Shown: positions 45,801 to 55,999 of the stretch, in pieces | Layout: each line of letters opens with the position of its first letter | How positions within the stretch are numbered: the first letter of the stretch is position 1 | Source: Octopus bimaculoides | Lineage: Eukaryota | Direction: 5' to 3' | Length of the DNA stretch: 60,424 nt | Assembly (NCBI RefSeq): GCF_001194135.2 | Contig: NC_068982.1 | Location: 155,705,973 to 155,766,396 of the forward strand | Notes under the pieces: generated by a model | Databases searched by the model: none | What the model was told of the DNA's origin: nothing | What the model saw: the letters and a program-made list of their open reading frames with translations, nothing else | Position numbers and translations under genes: made by a program

Positions 45801-48800
45801 CGCCTAGATCGCAAGCAAAATCAAACACTTCTTATAAGGGAAGAACCTTCAAACGGTCTGTTATCCCCTCAATTTGTTTTATCAAAATCCATCGATCCTG
45901 GTTTGATGATACGTTATGAATTTTTATTTTGGTAGAAGGATGATCTAGATTGGTAAGAATTAAGTTAAATTCTTCTGAGATACACTAGTGGAGTCCTGTC
46001 TTACTTCTTCTCTTCGCAACAAGTTTGACTTTGACTCATACTGTTTCCTGTTTCTAGGGATCCCAAATGGCCCCACGCACATTTCTAGGCATTTTTCTTT
46101 CTGCGCAGTAGAAACGCTGTGCTTCTTTATTGTCCCCCCCCCCTTGTTTATACCCCTTGTTTGTACCTGAAGGTAATTGTGATTTTTAGTGAACGATCCT
46201 TATCCATCACTAACCATTATGTCCAACCCTTCTTTCTCAGAGTATCGAACCCATTGGAATCTCCTCCCGGCTCATGTCTTTCTTGTAGATGTTGACCTGA
46301 AACAGTTTAAACGAAACATCAATAACATTAAACTCATCGGACTAGGAGCGCCTGCAAGTATCATGGCCTCTTCCTCCAGACCCAGCAAATAAAAAAAAAA
46401 TGNNNNNNNNNNNNNNNNNNNNNNNNNNNNNNNNNNNNNNNNNNNNNNNNNNNNNNNNNNNNNNNNNNNNNNNNNNNNNNNNNNNNNNNNNNNNNNNNNN
46501 NNNNNNNNNNNNNNNNNNNNNNNNNNNNNNNNNNNNNNNNNNNNNNNNNNNNNNNNNNNNNNNNNNNNNNNNNNNNNNNNNNNNNNNNNNNNNNNNNNNN
46601 NNNNNNNNNNNNNNNAAAAAAAAAAAAAGCAGTGATCGATCCATTACAGTAAATGAGATACGTTCTTTAGTGTTACCAATGATTTCGTTATTGTTGTTGG
46701 CAGAATCGTTAGCGTGTCGAACAAATTGCTTAGCGGTGTTTCTTCCGGCTCTTTACGTTCTGAGTTCAAATTCCGCCTTGGTCAATTTTCCTTTTCATCC
46801 TTTCGGAGTCGATAAAGTAAAGTATTAGTCAAGCACTGGGGTCAATAGAATCGATTTTCTCCTCCCACAAAAATTGCTGGCCTTGTGCCAAAATTTGAAA
46901 CGGCTATTGTTGTTGTTGATGCTTTCTTCTTCATCCATGTTGCTGCTTCTTTTCGCCAATAAAAGAGGTTTCAAACATAGACACAGTCATTAATTTTACA
47001 AAATGGATACAACATTAACTAAATCGACTACTTCCCTCAGTTATTAACTAATATTTACTTTATTGACATTCGAGACTGTAAAGTAAAATTGACCCTGACC
47101 TCCGTGTTGGGAAGATCTTGAAATTGACACAGCAAAACACAGAAACAAGGACTTCTTATATACATTAGTCTGGAATTCTATAGTTGTTGCTATTGACAAC
47201 AAGAACTAAAGACTGCTTACAATCATACAGTCGGGAATTCTAGAAATTTCTAGAATTTCTTGACATTTCTGTCATTCCACTGGGTCAAACAAAGAACAAC
47301 ATCAGTGAACGAGGGGTCCTTTATATAACCCATTGACCAGGTAGATATAACAGCCAATGCTCCAGAAGGAGCCACCGGGAGAAGCTCTTGAATTTTCCGC
47401 CCCTATCCGGCAAACAGCTTCTACAGGCTTATACAATAGACCCAAAAGTGCGGTTCCCATAAAAGCGTCGTCCGGGGTGGATAGCACCTCGCCTTATTAG
47501 TTACGCTACTAATTGCAGAGTATTGAATTATTTAATACTCCATTGTGGAGTACTGCATTGTAGAGCATTGCACAGTGGAGTACTGCCCTGTGGCGTACTT
47601 GATTGCGGTGAATTGCATTGTGAAATACTGCCTTGTGGAGTGTTGCATTGAAGGGTACTTGACTGAAGTATTCTGCATTGTGGAATATATTGAATTGTAC
47701 TCTGTGAAGTACTGAATTGTGGAGTAGCACTGCATTATGAACTACTTCTTAATGGAATACTCAATTCAATAAAAATTGAACCAAAATGGATAAATCTTTT
47801 TATAGCAATCCAAAATACGTAAATAAGTTTTCATGCTTGATTTTAAATCCGTGATCACTGGATAAAGAAATTAACTCTCTTTCTTCTTTGCCTTATTTCC
47901 AATCAATATCAGATAAATTACTTTATAAACGGGTTTCCAAATATAGTCATATTCGCCCGTGTTTAATGATGGTCGTATATGGCAGACAACTGATGTTATA
48001 TTTTGGAAATGAGTTTTTTACAATTGTGACAGAAGAACATGAATGCAGAGAGAAGAGAGCTGCAGATTTCAATCTAAATATTGGTTTCAAATTTTGACAC
48101 AAAGCCAGCAATTTTGAGGAGGGCATAAATCAATTACTTAGACTCTAGTGCTCAACCGGTACTTATTTTATCTACCCTGAAAGGATGAAAGAATCATTTG
48201 TAAAAAGAGGGATAAATTCTGTTCGAAGGACAAAATATTATCAGTCATACTATGTATGATCAGAATTTCTCATTGTCCCTTTTTTTTGATTCACAAAATC
48301 TTTATATTGAAAAAAAAAAAATCATTCATTTGATTAGAAACAAAATTAACTGTGCAATTACAGTATTTATTTACATTTTTATTAACTTTTAAAAAAGCAA
48401 AGAACAAACTACATGCGTACCTCACCTTACGTCAGCAAATGGTTCCAAGACATGCGACTTAACTCGTAAAACGCCGTAACACAAAAATCATTAAAAAAAT
48501 TTATTAGCTTATATCTATTTTAATAATTGGTTTGCACATGTTTTTACATATTTTGTTAGATTTTTCCATTTCTGTATTGGCTTTTAGCGGTTTTATTTAT
48601 AATTTTCAGGTTTCTAAATATGCTCGCTGAGACCGATGTAAAGTCAGATAAATTATTTCTTTAAAAAAGACGTAAACTCGAACAAGATGTAACTCGAAAC
48701 GACATAAGCTGGAGTATGCCTTTACTTTGGGGATCAATAATCAAAATTTTCATTTTTTTTTCGTTTGACATAATGTAACCTAGCTGGTTAGGGGCCAAAA

Positions 48801-50382
48801 TTGGCTGAGTTGGATAGAATACTTTGTGGTATTCATGTCGGCGCTCTGAGGTCAACTTTGCTTTTTATAATTTCTTTTCAAGATCAACAACTAAAGTACA
48901 AGGGTCGATTGTTCTTTCCCTCTGGAAGGAATTGACTGTGGCTAGCCATGGAAGGGGATGGGCTCTGTCAGGTTTAGCTGTCCCAAACACACAATATAAG
49001 ATCCTGCTAGAAGTTGAGTACACAAAAGTGAATTCAAAGGTACAATGCTTTCACTTACCCCTCTCCTTTCGGTTTAATTTAGTTGCCATGCATACTATTA
49101 TATTTCATATATTAATACTTTATAACTGTAATTTAGATGGCTCTTCGCCTTTTTTTTCATAAATTTAAAATTTATCATTGTCGTGTTGCTCTAAGACGGT
49201 GAGCTAGCAGAATCGTTGCCGCGCCGGACAAAATACTTGTTTAGCGGCATTTTTTTCGGCTCTTCACGTTCTTAGTTCAAATGCCACCAAGGTCGATTTT
49301 GCCTTTCATCTGTTTCGGGAGTCGGCAAAATAAGTAACAGTTGAACACTGGGAATCGTTGTAATCGACTTCCCTCTCCCTTCAAAGTTGCTAGTCTTGTG
49401 CCAAAATTAATAAAAAGAATTACTGTCGCGATGCGTCTATTCTAGAGACATCTAGCAGCATATCAGCGTTCCTCGGTTCACCGTCTGGAAATACTCAATA
49501 CTCGGAAGAAGGGGTTAGTGGTCATGCTTTGTTATTTCTTTGCTCATATTTTTACACAGTTAGGAATAACAAGGAGCTAAACAACAACTGCAGCAGCACC
49601 AGAACCGACGTGGTAGGAAGTGCTATATATGGTCGCTATACACAAAAATTACGAGATACCGCTCACATAACATGAAGAGTGTTTTCACTATGTTGAAATT
49701 AGACCATACTGAAAAATTGGAAGAGGTTATTTTATTCTCTCGGAAACATAGTATGTAAATATATTTTTCTACTTTCGATTGCTTTGAAATAGTGACAAAT
49801 ATCCCTCAAATCACACTCTATCTTCTTAAAGAAAGGAACGCTACATTGGATAATGCAGCCATTTTAAAACCATGGCTGAAATGAATATCAGTAAAGCAAA
49901 ACAAAACAGACAGCATGGTCCTTGTCTTTGATCATAGGCCCAAGGGATTGGAGTACAAACAAACAAACAAACAAATGAATAAAAGCAGTGTAATATGTGG
50001 TTACCTGATGTGTGAGGCTATGGTCTGCTATTTCAATGCCTCGTCCGTGTAGTTTACGAACCATACAGTAATCAGTATAATTGTGAGAGACAAACAAAGT
50101 CATGGAGATAGGGCACCCGTTTGGGTTCTTTCGGTGTCCGTCGGGTGGGAAGAGTTTCAGGTAGTAATCCCAATTGTCCCAGTTGACAGCATCGTCAAAC
50201 GACAATAAAACCATTTGAGGAATATCTTCCGGATGGAATCCACCCGGAATGTTCACCCCGGAGCAGTGACAGTTTGGTGCTTTACAAGTCGTAGAATCAC
50301 ATAGTTGTTGACCATCACCCAAGTAGCTGAGTGTGGCCAAAATGATGGTCACAAAATGGTAATATTTATTATCCAAATACAT
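33976..50382 (-). CDS. Chitin deacetylase-like / polysaccharide deacetylase (CE4, NodB fold), 2 coding exons, 447 aa, secreted and possibly GPI-anchored
   Basis: Exon 1 is 50382-50005 (126 codons, donor CAG|GTAACC). Exon 2 is 34941-33976 (acceptor TAATTACAG|GTACCG). The phase-0 join gives ADHSLTHQ-VPHAWWKNAS. Motifs: CxxxCxxPxCxCS cap, PQMVLLSFDDAVN (motif 1), NPNGCPISMTLFVSH, HSLTH (motif 2), GWRSPFL (motif 3), YDATL, WPFTLD, GFWEVP, NRAPYYLNLH (motif 5), ALEWMRSP. These match animal chitin-deacetylase catalytic domains. Confidence 0.93.
36945..37125 (+). mobile_element. SINE family A
   Basis: TGGCAGAATCACTAG...GTTCAAATTCAGCCGAGATCAACTTTACCTTTCATCCTTTCGG. Confidence 0.8.
37575..37996 (+). 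mobile_element. 3' end of RTE (BovB/RTE-X-like) LINE ORF with C-terminal C2H2 finger, split by a (CA)/(TATG) microsatellite
   Basis: KRLCDT..SNLK..NWQQL...; then RCNLCGCYFKTQSGLKSHIRRH* (stop at 37951), short UTR AGGAGTAGACAACCACCA, then a (TG)n tail. Confidence 0.6.
38590..39345 (+). mobile_element. Decayed Penelope-like 3' region/pLTR with degenerate hammerhead motif
   Basis: FHLNALHPD (about 38920) resembles the PLE GIY-YIG tail IF.LGTL.P.GIN; pyrimidine-rich UTR; CTGATAA-AGGAC-TAAC-GTTC-GAAG-CGT at 39215-39242. Confidence 0.5.
39765..39827. repeat. (CTA)n microsatellite
   Basis: About 20 perfect CTA units. Confidence 0.95.
40927..40997 (-). ncRNA. tRNA-derived Pol III cassette (SINE-like head), not a functional tRNA
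   Basis: A box TGGCGTAGTGG, B box GAGTTCGATTCC, anticodon-loop-like CTACTAA; acceptor and T stems pair poorly; followed by an (AAT)/(AAC) tract. Confidence 0.75.
41021..42410 (-). mobile_element. Penelope-like retroelement (Penelope/Poseidon type): RT + GIY-YIG endonuclease, 5'-truncated and frameshifted
   Basis: YGLPKIHKDGIPLRPIVS; SLDVISLFTKVP; QEEGLAMGSLLSPIIANI; WLRYVDDTF (about 41888-41914); HVNSIKPSIQFTME; VYSIPCSCGRLYKGET...LKTR...SGIADH; final frame IWEPVLRKNRRILDL* with TAA at 41023-41021. Confidence 0.93.
42414..42760 (+). mobile_element. Inverted duplicate of the PLE RT segment (42414-42669) fused to an inverted PLE/SINE 3' terminus (42670-42750)
   Basis: ORF 42393..42800 repeats HKDGIPLRPIVS...SLDVISLFTKVP on +, then ATATCAGCCGAAACGTTGTGTTAAC...AAGATGAG. 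Confidence 0.9.
44560..46400 (+). mobile_element. Decayed CR1/Jockey-superfamily LINE; best-preserved part is the 3' end at 46190-46400 with a poly(A) tail
   Basis: THWNLLPAHVFLVDVDLKQFKRNINNIKL matches the LWN.LP..VF....FK..IN C-terminal signature; A10 at 46391-46400. The upstream part is only weakly recognisable. Confidence 0.55.
46695..46905 (+). mobile_element. SINE family A
   Basis: TGGCAGAATCGTTAGCG...GAGTTCAAATTCCGCC...TTTCATCCTTTCGGAGTCGATAAAGTAAAGTA. Confidence 0.85.
47513..47760. repeat. Degenerate 15-bp minisatellite (consensus ~TACTGCATTGTGGAG, ~16 units)
   Basis: The period is visible directly and as 5-aa periodicity in ORFs 47509..47730 and 47532..47735. Confidence 0.85.
49192..49415 (+). 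mobile_element. SINE family A
   Basis: TAAGACGGTGAGCTAGCAGAATCG...GTTCAAATGCC...TTGCCTTTCATC...AAATAAGTAACAG. Confidence 0.82.
50005..50382 (-). CDS. Chitin deacetylase-like exon 1 (signal peptide + motifs 1-2)
   Basis: ORF 49888..50382 up to HSLTHQ; hydrophobic N-terminus FVTIILATLSYLGDG; GT donor at 50004-50003. Confidence 0.93.
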
Positions 50383-50849
50383 AGCACTCCAGTTTAGATT
50401 CTTTCTTTACTTTGTTAAAGAAATGATTTATTCTCACTTTCTTCTTAGTTTGTACTTCCCCTCTTTGGTTTTAATTCAGAGATAGTTTATCCAATTTTAT
50501 CTTGTATTTCATTAACGATATTCTGTTTCTACCATTCTTTGATGGTTGGTCTTTAATATTCCTGTGTAGTTTACTTGTCACAAATTATATTTAATATGCG
50601 AGTATATTATCGAATGTTATCAATTAATTTCAGTAAGCTTCTTGATTCGTTTTAACATCGACACCGATACACACATACGCCCATATATCCGAAAGTTTCA
50701 AGGTGAAGATGGCTTCCAATTTAATCTTTAGATTTAGAATGTTGTCACTGCTCATACTTTCTAGTTACTTCGCTTGGTCGTGGTGTATGTATGCATAGCT
50801 GGATGTGTGGCTATGTCTGTGTGTATATATGATGTATGCCTGTTTGTGC

Positions 50850-50889
<40 letters not shown>

Positions 50890-51372
50890 AATTTATGTAT
50901 ATACTTGTGTGTGTGTGTGTGTGTGTATGTATATATATATATATATATATATANNNNNNNNNNNNNNNNNNNNNNNNNNNNNNNNNNNNNNNNNNNNNNN
51001 NNNNNNNNNNNNNNNNNNNNNNNNNNNNNNNNNNNNNNNNNNNNNNNNNNNNNNNNNNNNNNNNNNNNNNNNNNNNNNNNNNNNNNNNNNNNNNNNNNNN
51101 NNNNNNNNNNNNNNNNNNNNNNNNNNNNNNNNNNNNNNNNNNNNNNNNNNNNNNNNNNNNNNNNNNNNNNNNNNNNNNNNNNNNNNNNNNNNNNNNNNNN
51201 NNNNNNNNNNNNNNNNNNNNNNNNNNNNNNNNNNNNNNNNNNNNNNNNNNNNNNNNNNNNNNNNNNNNNNNNNNNNNNNNNNNNNNNNNNNNNNNNNNNN
51301 NNNNNNNNNNNNNNNNNNNNNNNNNNNNNNNNNNNNNNNNNNNNNNNNNNNNNNNNNNNNNNNNNNNNNNNN

Positions 51373-51420
<48 letters not shown>

Positions 51421-51589
51421 GCGGCCATACATACACACATACGTATAATCATATATGTTCATACTCAAAATATTTGTATGAGTGTGCGTACTTACATGTA
51501 TATACATTTAGTACACACACACACACACGCGTGCATACGTATGTAAGTATATATGCATGTATGTATATGTGCTTGCCTGTGCGCGCGTA

Positions 51590-51650
51590 TGTATGTATGT
51601 ATGTATGTATGTATGTATGTATGTATGTATGTATGTATGTATGTATGTAT
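51590..51650. repeat. (TATG)n microsatellite; representative of many (TA)n, (CA)n, (TACA)n, (ATC)n and (ATT)n arrays in the window
   Basis: Directly visible. Other large arrays lie at about 8565-8608, 32510-32625, 33050-33095, 39890-40025, 50850-50953 and 51893-51938. Confidence 0.95.
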
Positions 51651-51898
51651 GGATCTATATTTGCTCCGACCTGTGTAAGAATAGAGATGGTACGGTGGAG
51701 TGTAGTGATGGTACCAATTTAGAAGCTGTTTGACAAAAGTTGGCACTATCCAAGTGAGATAGCCGCACGCCGCTCCCACCATCACTTACTAACATTCTTA
51801 CAAAGTTGAAACCTGTCTCATTTCATCATCATCGTCGTGGTCGTTGCCGCCGCCGCTGCCATCTGCAGCAAGAACGCCCCCTCCCCCCCACCAGCATT

Positions 51899-51939
<41 letters not shown>

Positions 51940-52999
51940 TTCAAAAGTCGTATTTTATTGCATTCTTTCATTGCACAACCAAGTGCAGCTGTGAGTGTGT
52001 GTGTGTGTATGTGTGTATGTGTGAGTGTGTGTGTTTGTGTGTTTGGTTAGGTGCTGTGTTTTGTTTTGTTTCTATATTTTTCTATTGTATTTGAAATGAC
52101 AACAAAAACAAAAGAAAAATATATAAAAAAAGGACTGAACTACATTTCGTGACGTGCCTATGACGCGATCTCAGGCACGTAGATTAATTAGGCGGCGGAA
52201 TTAATTGAATTGATTCCCTACCAAATTGTGGTTAATGTAGTGCTCTATCGACAATTCCTTCTCAAATCATATTTCACAGTCTTGGAAAATGACACGAAGG
52301 ATAATATGAATCTGGGTTTCTTGAGTACATGATGACGGCTGGATAATCTTTGATCATAGTTCTGCTCAATCAGGTTGACTTATGGCTAAACAAGAAGAAT
52401 AACTACTAATATGACCCCTCCACAAGCTAACGAAAGAGACTCTATGTCGTTGCCTGATGTGCTAAAAAGAAAAGCAACGAAATCTCCCTCAAATTAGACA
52501 ACCGTTTAAAAAAGGATACGTGTAGTCTTAATTACACACTCTCTGAAAAATAGAATGGATGATCACCGCTGGAACTTCTTTGATTATCGGTGATCTCTAT
52601 TAGTGCCGAACTGGCATACACAACGACTACAATTTATCCCTTGTATGTCTCTTATTAAACCCCACAGTTTATCCAGTTTTCTTTACTGAAACTGTTTCAT
52701 CTCCACAAATCTCTCACACATCTCAACTCTTCCTTCCTTTATAATAATGATTGTAGAATCATACAAGATTCACAGCTAAATATTTTTAGGGTGAGATTAT
52801 GAATCGATTATATCGACCTTTGTACATGACTAGTACTTAGTAGAACTCAGCGGATTTGAACTCAGACGATTAAGCTTAGTATTGCATATACAGAAGACAA
52901 AAATACTACTCGGCGTCACATACATCAATCCTCGACAACTATAATACATATAGGATAACAATATTCCGAATTACTGCACAATGGAGCACTGCTCTCATA

Positions 53000-53430
53000 T
53001 CTGGAACGATGCTGCTGCTGCAGCAAAATGATATCGTAGACAGTACCCAGACAAGGGTCACTCGACTGATTAGAATAAGGTCGTTCACAGACACGTTCCA
53101 GTCTCTGCTCCACAGACTTACTGTCTTATCTCCATGCCTTTTCTACCTTTACTCTAATGGCTTCTGCTCTCCAGACCTGGCTGGTATCGTGCCATCGTTA
53201 CTCAGGCATTCCCGATCCATTCTCCTCTCGCCCTCTCGTCGCCCTCTCGTCATCCAGCCTCCTGGGTTTGTACTAATTACTATGCCAAGCCCTTCCTTCC
53301 TTCCTTCCTTCCTTCCTTCCTTCCTTCCTTCCTTCTTAGAATATTGGTTCTCAAGAACTCTCTCCTTGCTCATGGCTTTATTGCAGATGTTGACTTGCAA
53401 TGGTTCAAAAAGACATATTAACATCACTTC
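53000..53430 (+). mobile_element. CR1/Jockey-like LINE RT C-terminal remnant interrupted by (CCTT)n
   Basis: RLIR...FQSLLHRLTVLSPCLFYLYSNGFCSPDLAGIVP, then ADVDLQWFKRHIN after a frameshift; same signature as 46190-46400. Confidence 0.65.
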
Positions 53431-53791
53431 CTATCTTGAGGGATGGTGCGAAGGCTATGGGCACAGCTCTTTCCTCCAGGCTCAGCGAAAAAGGAGAGGA
53501 AAGAAAGAAAGAAAAAATGACTTACAACAATCCACAACATTCTTCTTACCCCACAGAACCACAGAAAACAAAACAAAAATACTGGGTGTTACAACAAATA
53601 CTCGGTGTTACAACATTTCTACAACGNNNNNNNNNNNNNNNNNNNNNNNNNNNNNNNNNNNNNNNNNNNNNNNNNNNNNNNNNNNNNNNNNNNNNNNNNN
53701 NNNNNNNNNNNNNNNNNNNNNNNNNNNNNNNNNNNNNNNNNNNNNNNNNNNNNNNNNNNNNNNNNNNNNNNNNNNNNNNNNNNNNNNNNNN

Positions 53792-53828
<37 letters not shown>

Positions 53829-55999
53829 TTTCTGTCATTGGATTGTGGCCGTGCGGGGACACCATCTTGAAGGGTACCCATCCTTTACTCTCCTTTGCTT
53901 TAATTATACTTGTGCATATGATGTAGGTTAGATATGAGCTTTGCTATCCTGAGTCTTTTGATAGTTTTTGGAGATGTAATTTTTGCAATGTTATTATATA
54001 TGTGTGGGTGCTACGAGAGACTCCGAGATACTCTGAGGCCTGTTATTTATATGATATTCATAATATTGTTGTACAACTTAGGCATAAGGCCATCAATACG
54101 GAAATGTAAACAGTTGATTTTACTGAATCCAGTTGTTGAACATCATATGTCCTTGAAATGATTGAGTTTTTAGAGTGTCAGATAGAGTGTCCCCGAAGTA
54201 CGTATTCTGACTCTCTGCGCTCTGAGCTGAAATTTTGCCCAGGTCAACTTTGCTTTTCATTTTCCTGGGTTCGATAAATAAAGTACCGTTCTACAAGTGG
54301 ATTATGTCTTGCGGTATCTGTTTCGGTTCTGTGCATCCTGAGTTGAAATTCTGCCTTCGGCCATCAGGGAAGTTAAAGAAAAAAAAAAGAAAACTTGAGA
54401 GCCGACAAGAACTATGATATACTTCGAAACTTCAAGTAAGTATTTCGGATGATAATTTTACAACCAGTATACCAGCTGACAAGATGTAACATATGTGAAT
54501 TTTCATACTCTGTGCAAGAACGAATAAGCGAGGCAGATGAAGATCAAAGTAAAGGAAAGTAAATAGATATTGCAAGTTCATTACTTCATTGATTTTGCTA
54601 AGCACGACTAAGCTGTTATTGATACAATATAGTATCACACACAGAAAGGAAAATTACAGACCACAAATAAAAATTCAAAGAAACGCAACATTTTTTGATG
54701 CTATGACAAGGGAAGCAACTCTTTATATATTGCCGAAGAGTTATGTTTCTTAAACTCGTAGCATTCACGAAGATAAGTTTTTGTCAGGTACAGAAGATTC
54801 CGTTAAATGTTTAATAGATCATGGAATAGTTCAACTAATTGCATATTTTACGAAACAAAAAACTGTTTACTATCAACCCTATGCGAATGATGTATATTTC
54901 AAATTATTGCACGAGATTTTCCCCCTTTATTTGAGTAACAGATTGACAAAAGGTTGCGCAAGATTGAACATGAATTTGATTTCATATGAATAAAGTGGTT
55001 TTGGAAGATGCTGTTTTCATGTGTGTGTGTGTGTGTGTGTGTGCATAAACTACTAGAAAGCCACATGTTTTTTAAAACTATCTTGAAATTAAACTCTATA
55101 TTTAAGTGAACTAAGGGGCATAATATATTGTGAATGGGCATTTCGTGAATACTTTCAAATGTAAATCTTGTACCTTTATTATCACATTATAACACCTGAT
55201 TTGCCAATTTTCCCTAGCATATCAACACTTCAAAACCATAAAGCTACAAATACATTTTCATTTCTTTCCAGATTGTTTCGGAAAATATTCAACTCAGTCA
55301 TATTATCTGTGATCCAGATTACATTTCCAGTATGCTTAAAGCCACAAAGCTTTCCAAAATTGAACAAAGGAAGATTATTGCACTGAAAGCAGAAGGAATG
55401 AGTAACTGGAAGATTGCCAAGAAGATTCGCCAGTGAACAATTTTATGAAGGATCCTGACGTCCACAACAGAGTTCATGCTGGTAGACGTCAGGAAGGGAT
55501 GAAAGGGCCATTGTCAGAGCTGTAAAGAAGTCATGCTGCTCTTCTGTTTCCAAAATCGAGGCATCAGCAATAGTAGGAACCTTGACATCTACCGTAAGAA
55601 GAGTGATTTTGAACCATGGTTTCCACCTGAAGAAGTGGCTAGGACGTCCTTTATTGTACCCTTCCCACAAAGCTGTTAGATTGGAGTTTGCTCAGCAGCA
55701 TCAGACGTGGGATGGTAAATGGACAAGGATTTTGTTCTCTGATGAGAAAAAATGGAATTTAGATGGCCCAAAGGTTATAAGTATTACTGGGCAGATAGAT
55801 GTATACAAATTTCTACCTATTCCAAGTGGCAGAACAGCAGAGGAGGTATTATGGTGTGGGGATCAATATCTGCCAATGAGAAGCTGCCACTTATCATCAT
55901 GGATATCTGTTTCAATGCTGCACAATACATCGATATGCTGGACGGTGCTCACATTGATGTAGGAGGAAGACTTTACGTCGAGAACTTCATATTTTAATA

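Noticed and set aside
47513-47760. CRISPR-like repeat array (also considered 5751-5828 and the 27.5-29.7-kb SINE train)
   Set aside because: The context is eukaryotic, the units are contiguous or long SINEs without unique spacers, and there are no cas genes.
49888-50004. C-terminal part of ORF 49888..50382 (VTTYYTAF...)
   Set aside because: It is intron read-through past the donor at 50004. The conserved sequence continues in exon 2.
50765-51722. Long ORFs of 160-430 aa spanning N runs (also 37888-38548, 43285-43857, 46342-46828, 53009-53931, 56031-57317)
   Set aside because: Their length comes from assembly gaps read as X. Only the short flanking LINE-derived parts are meaningful.
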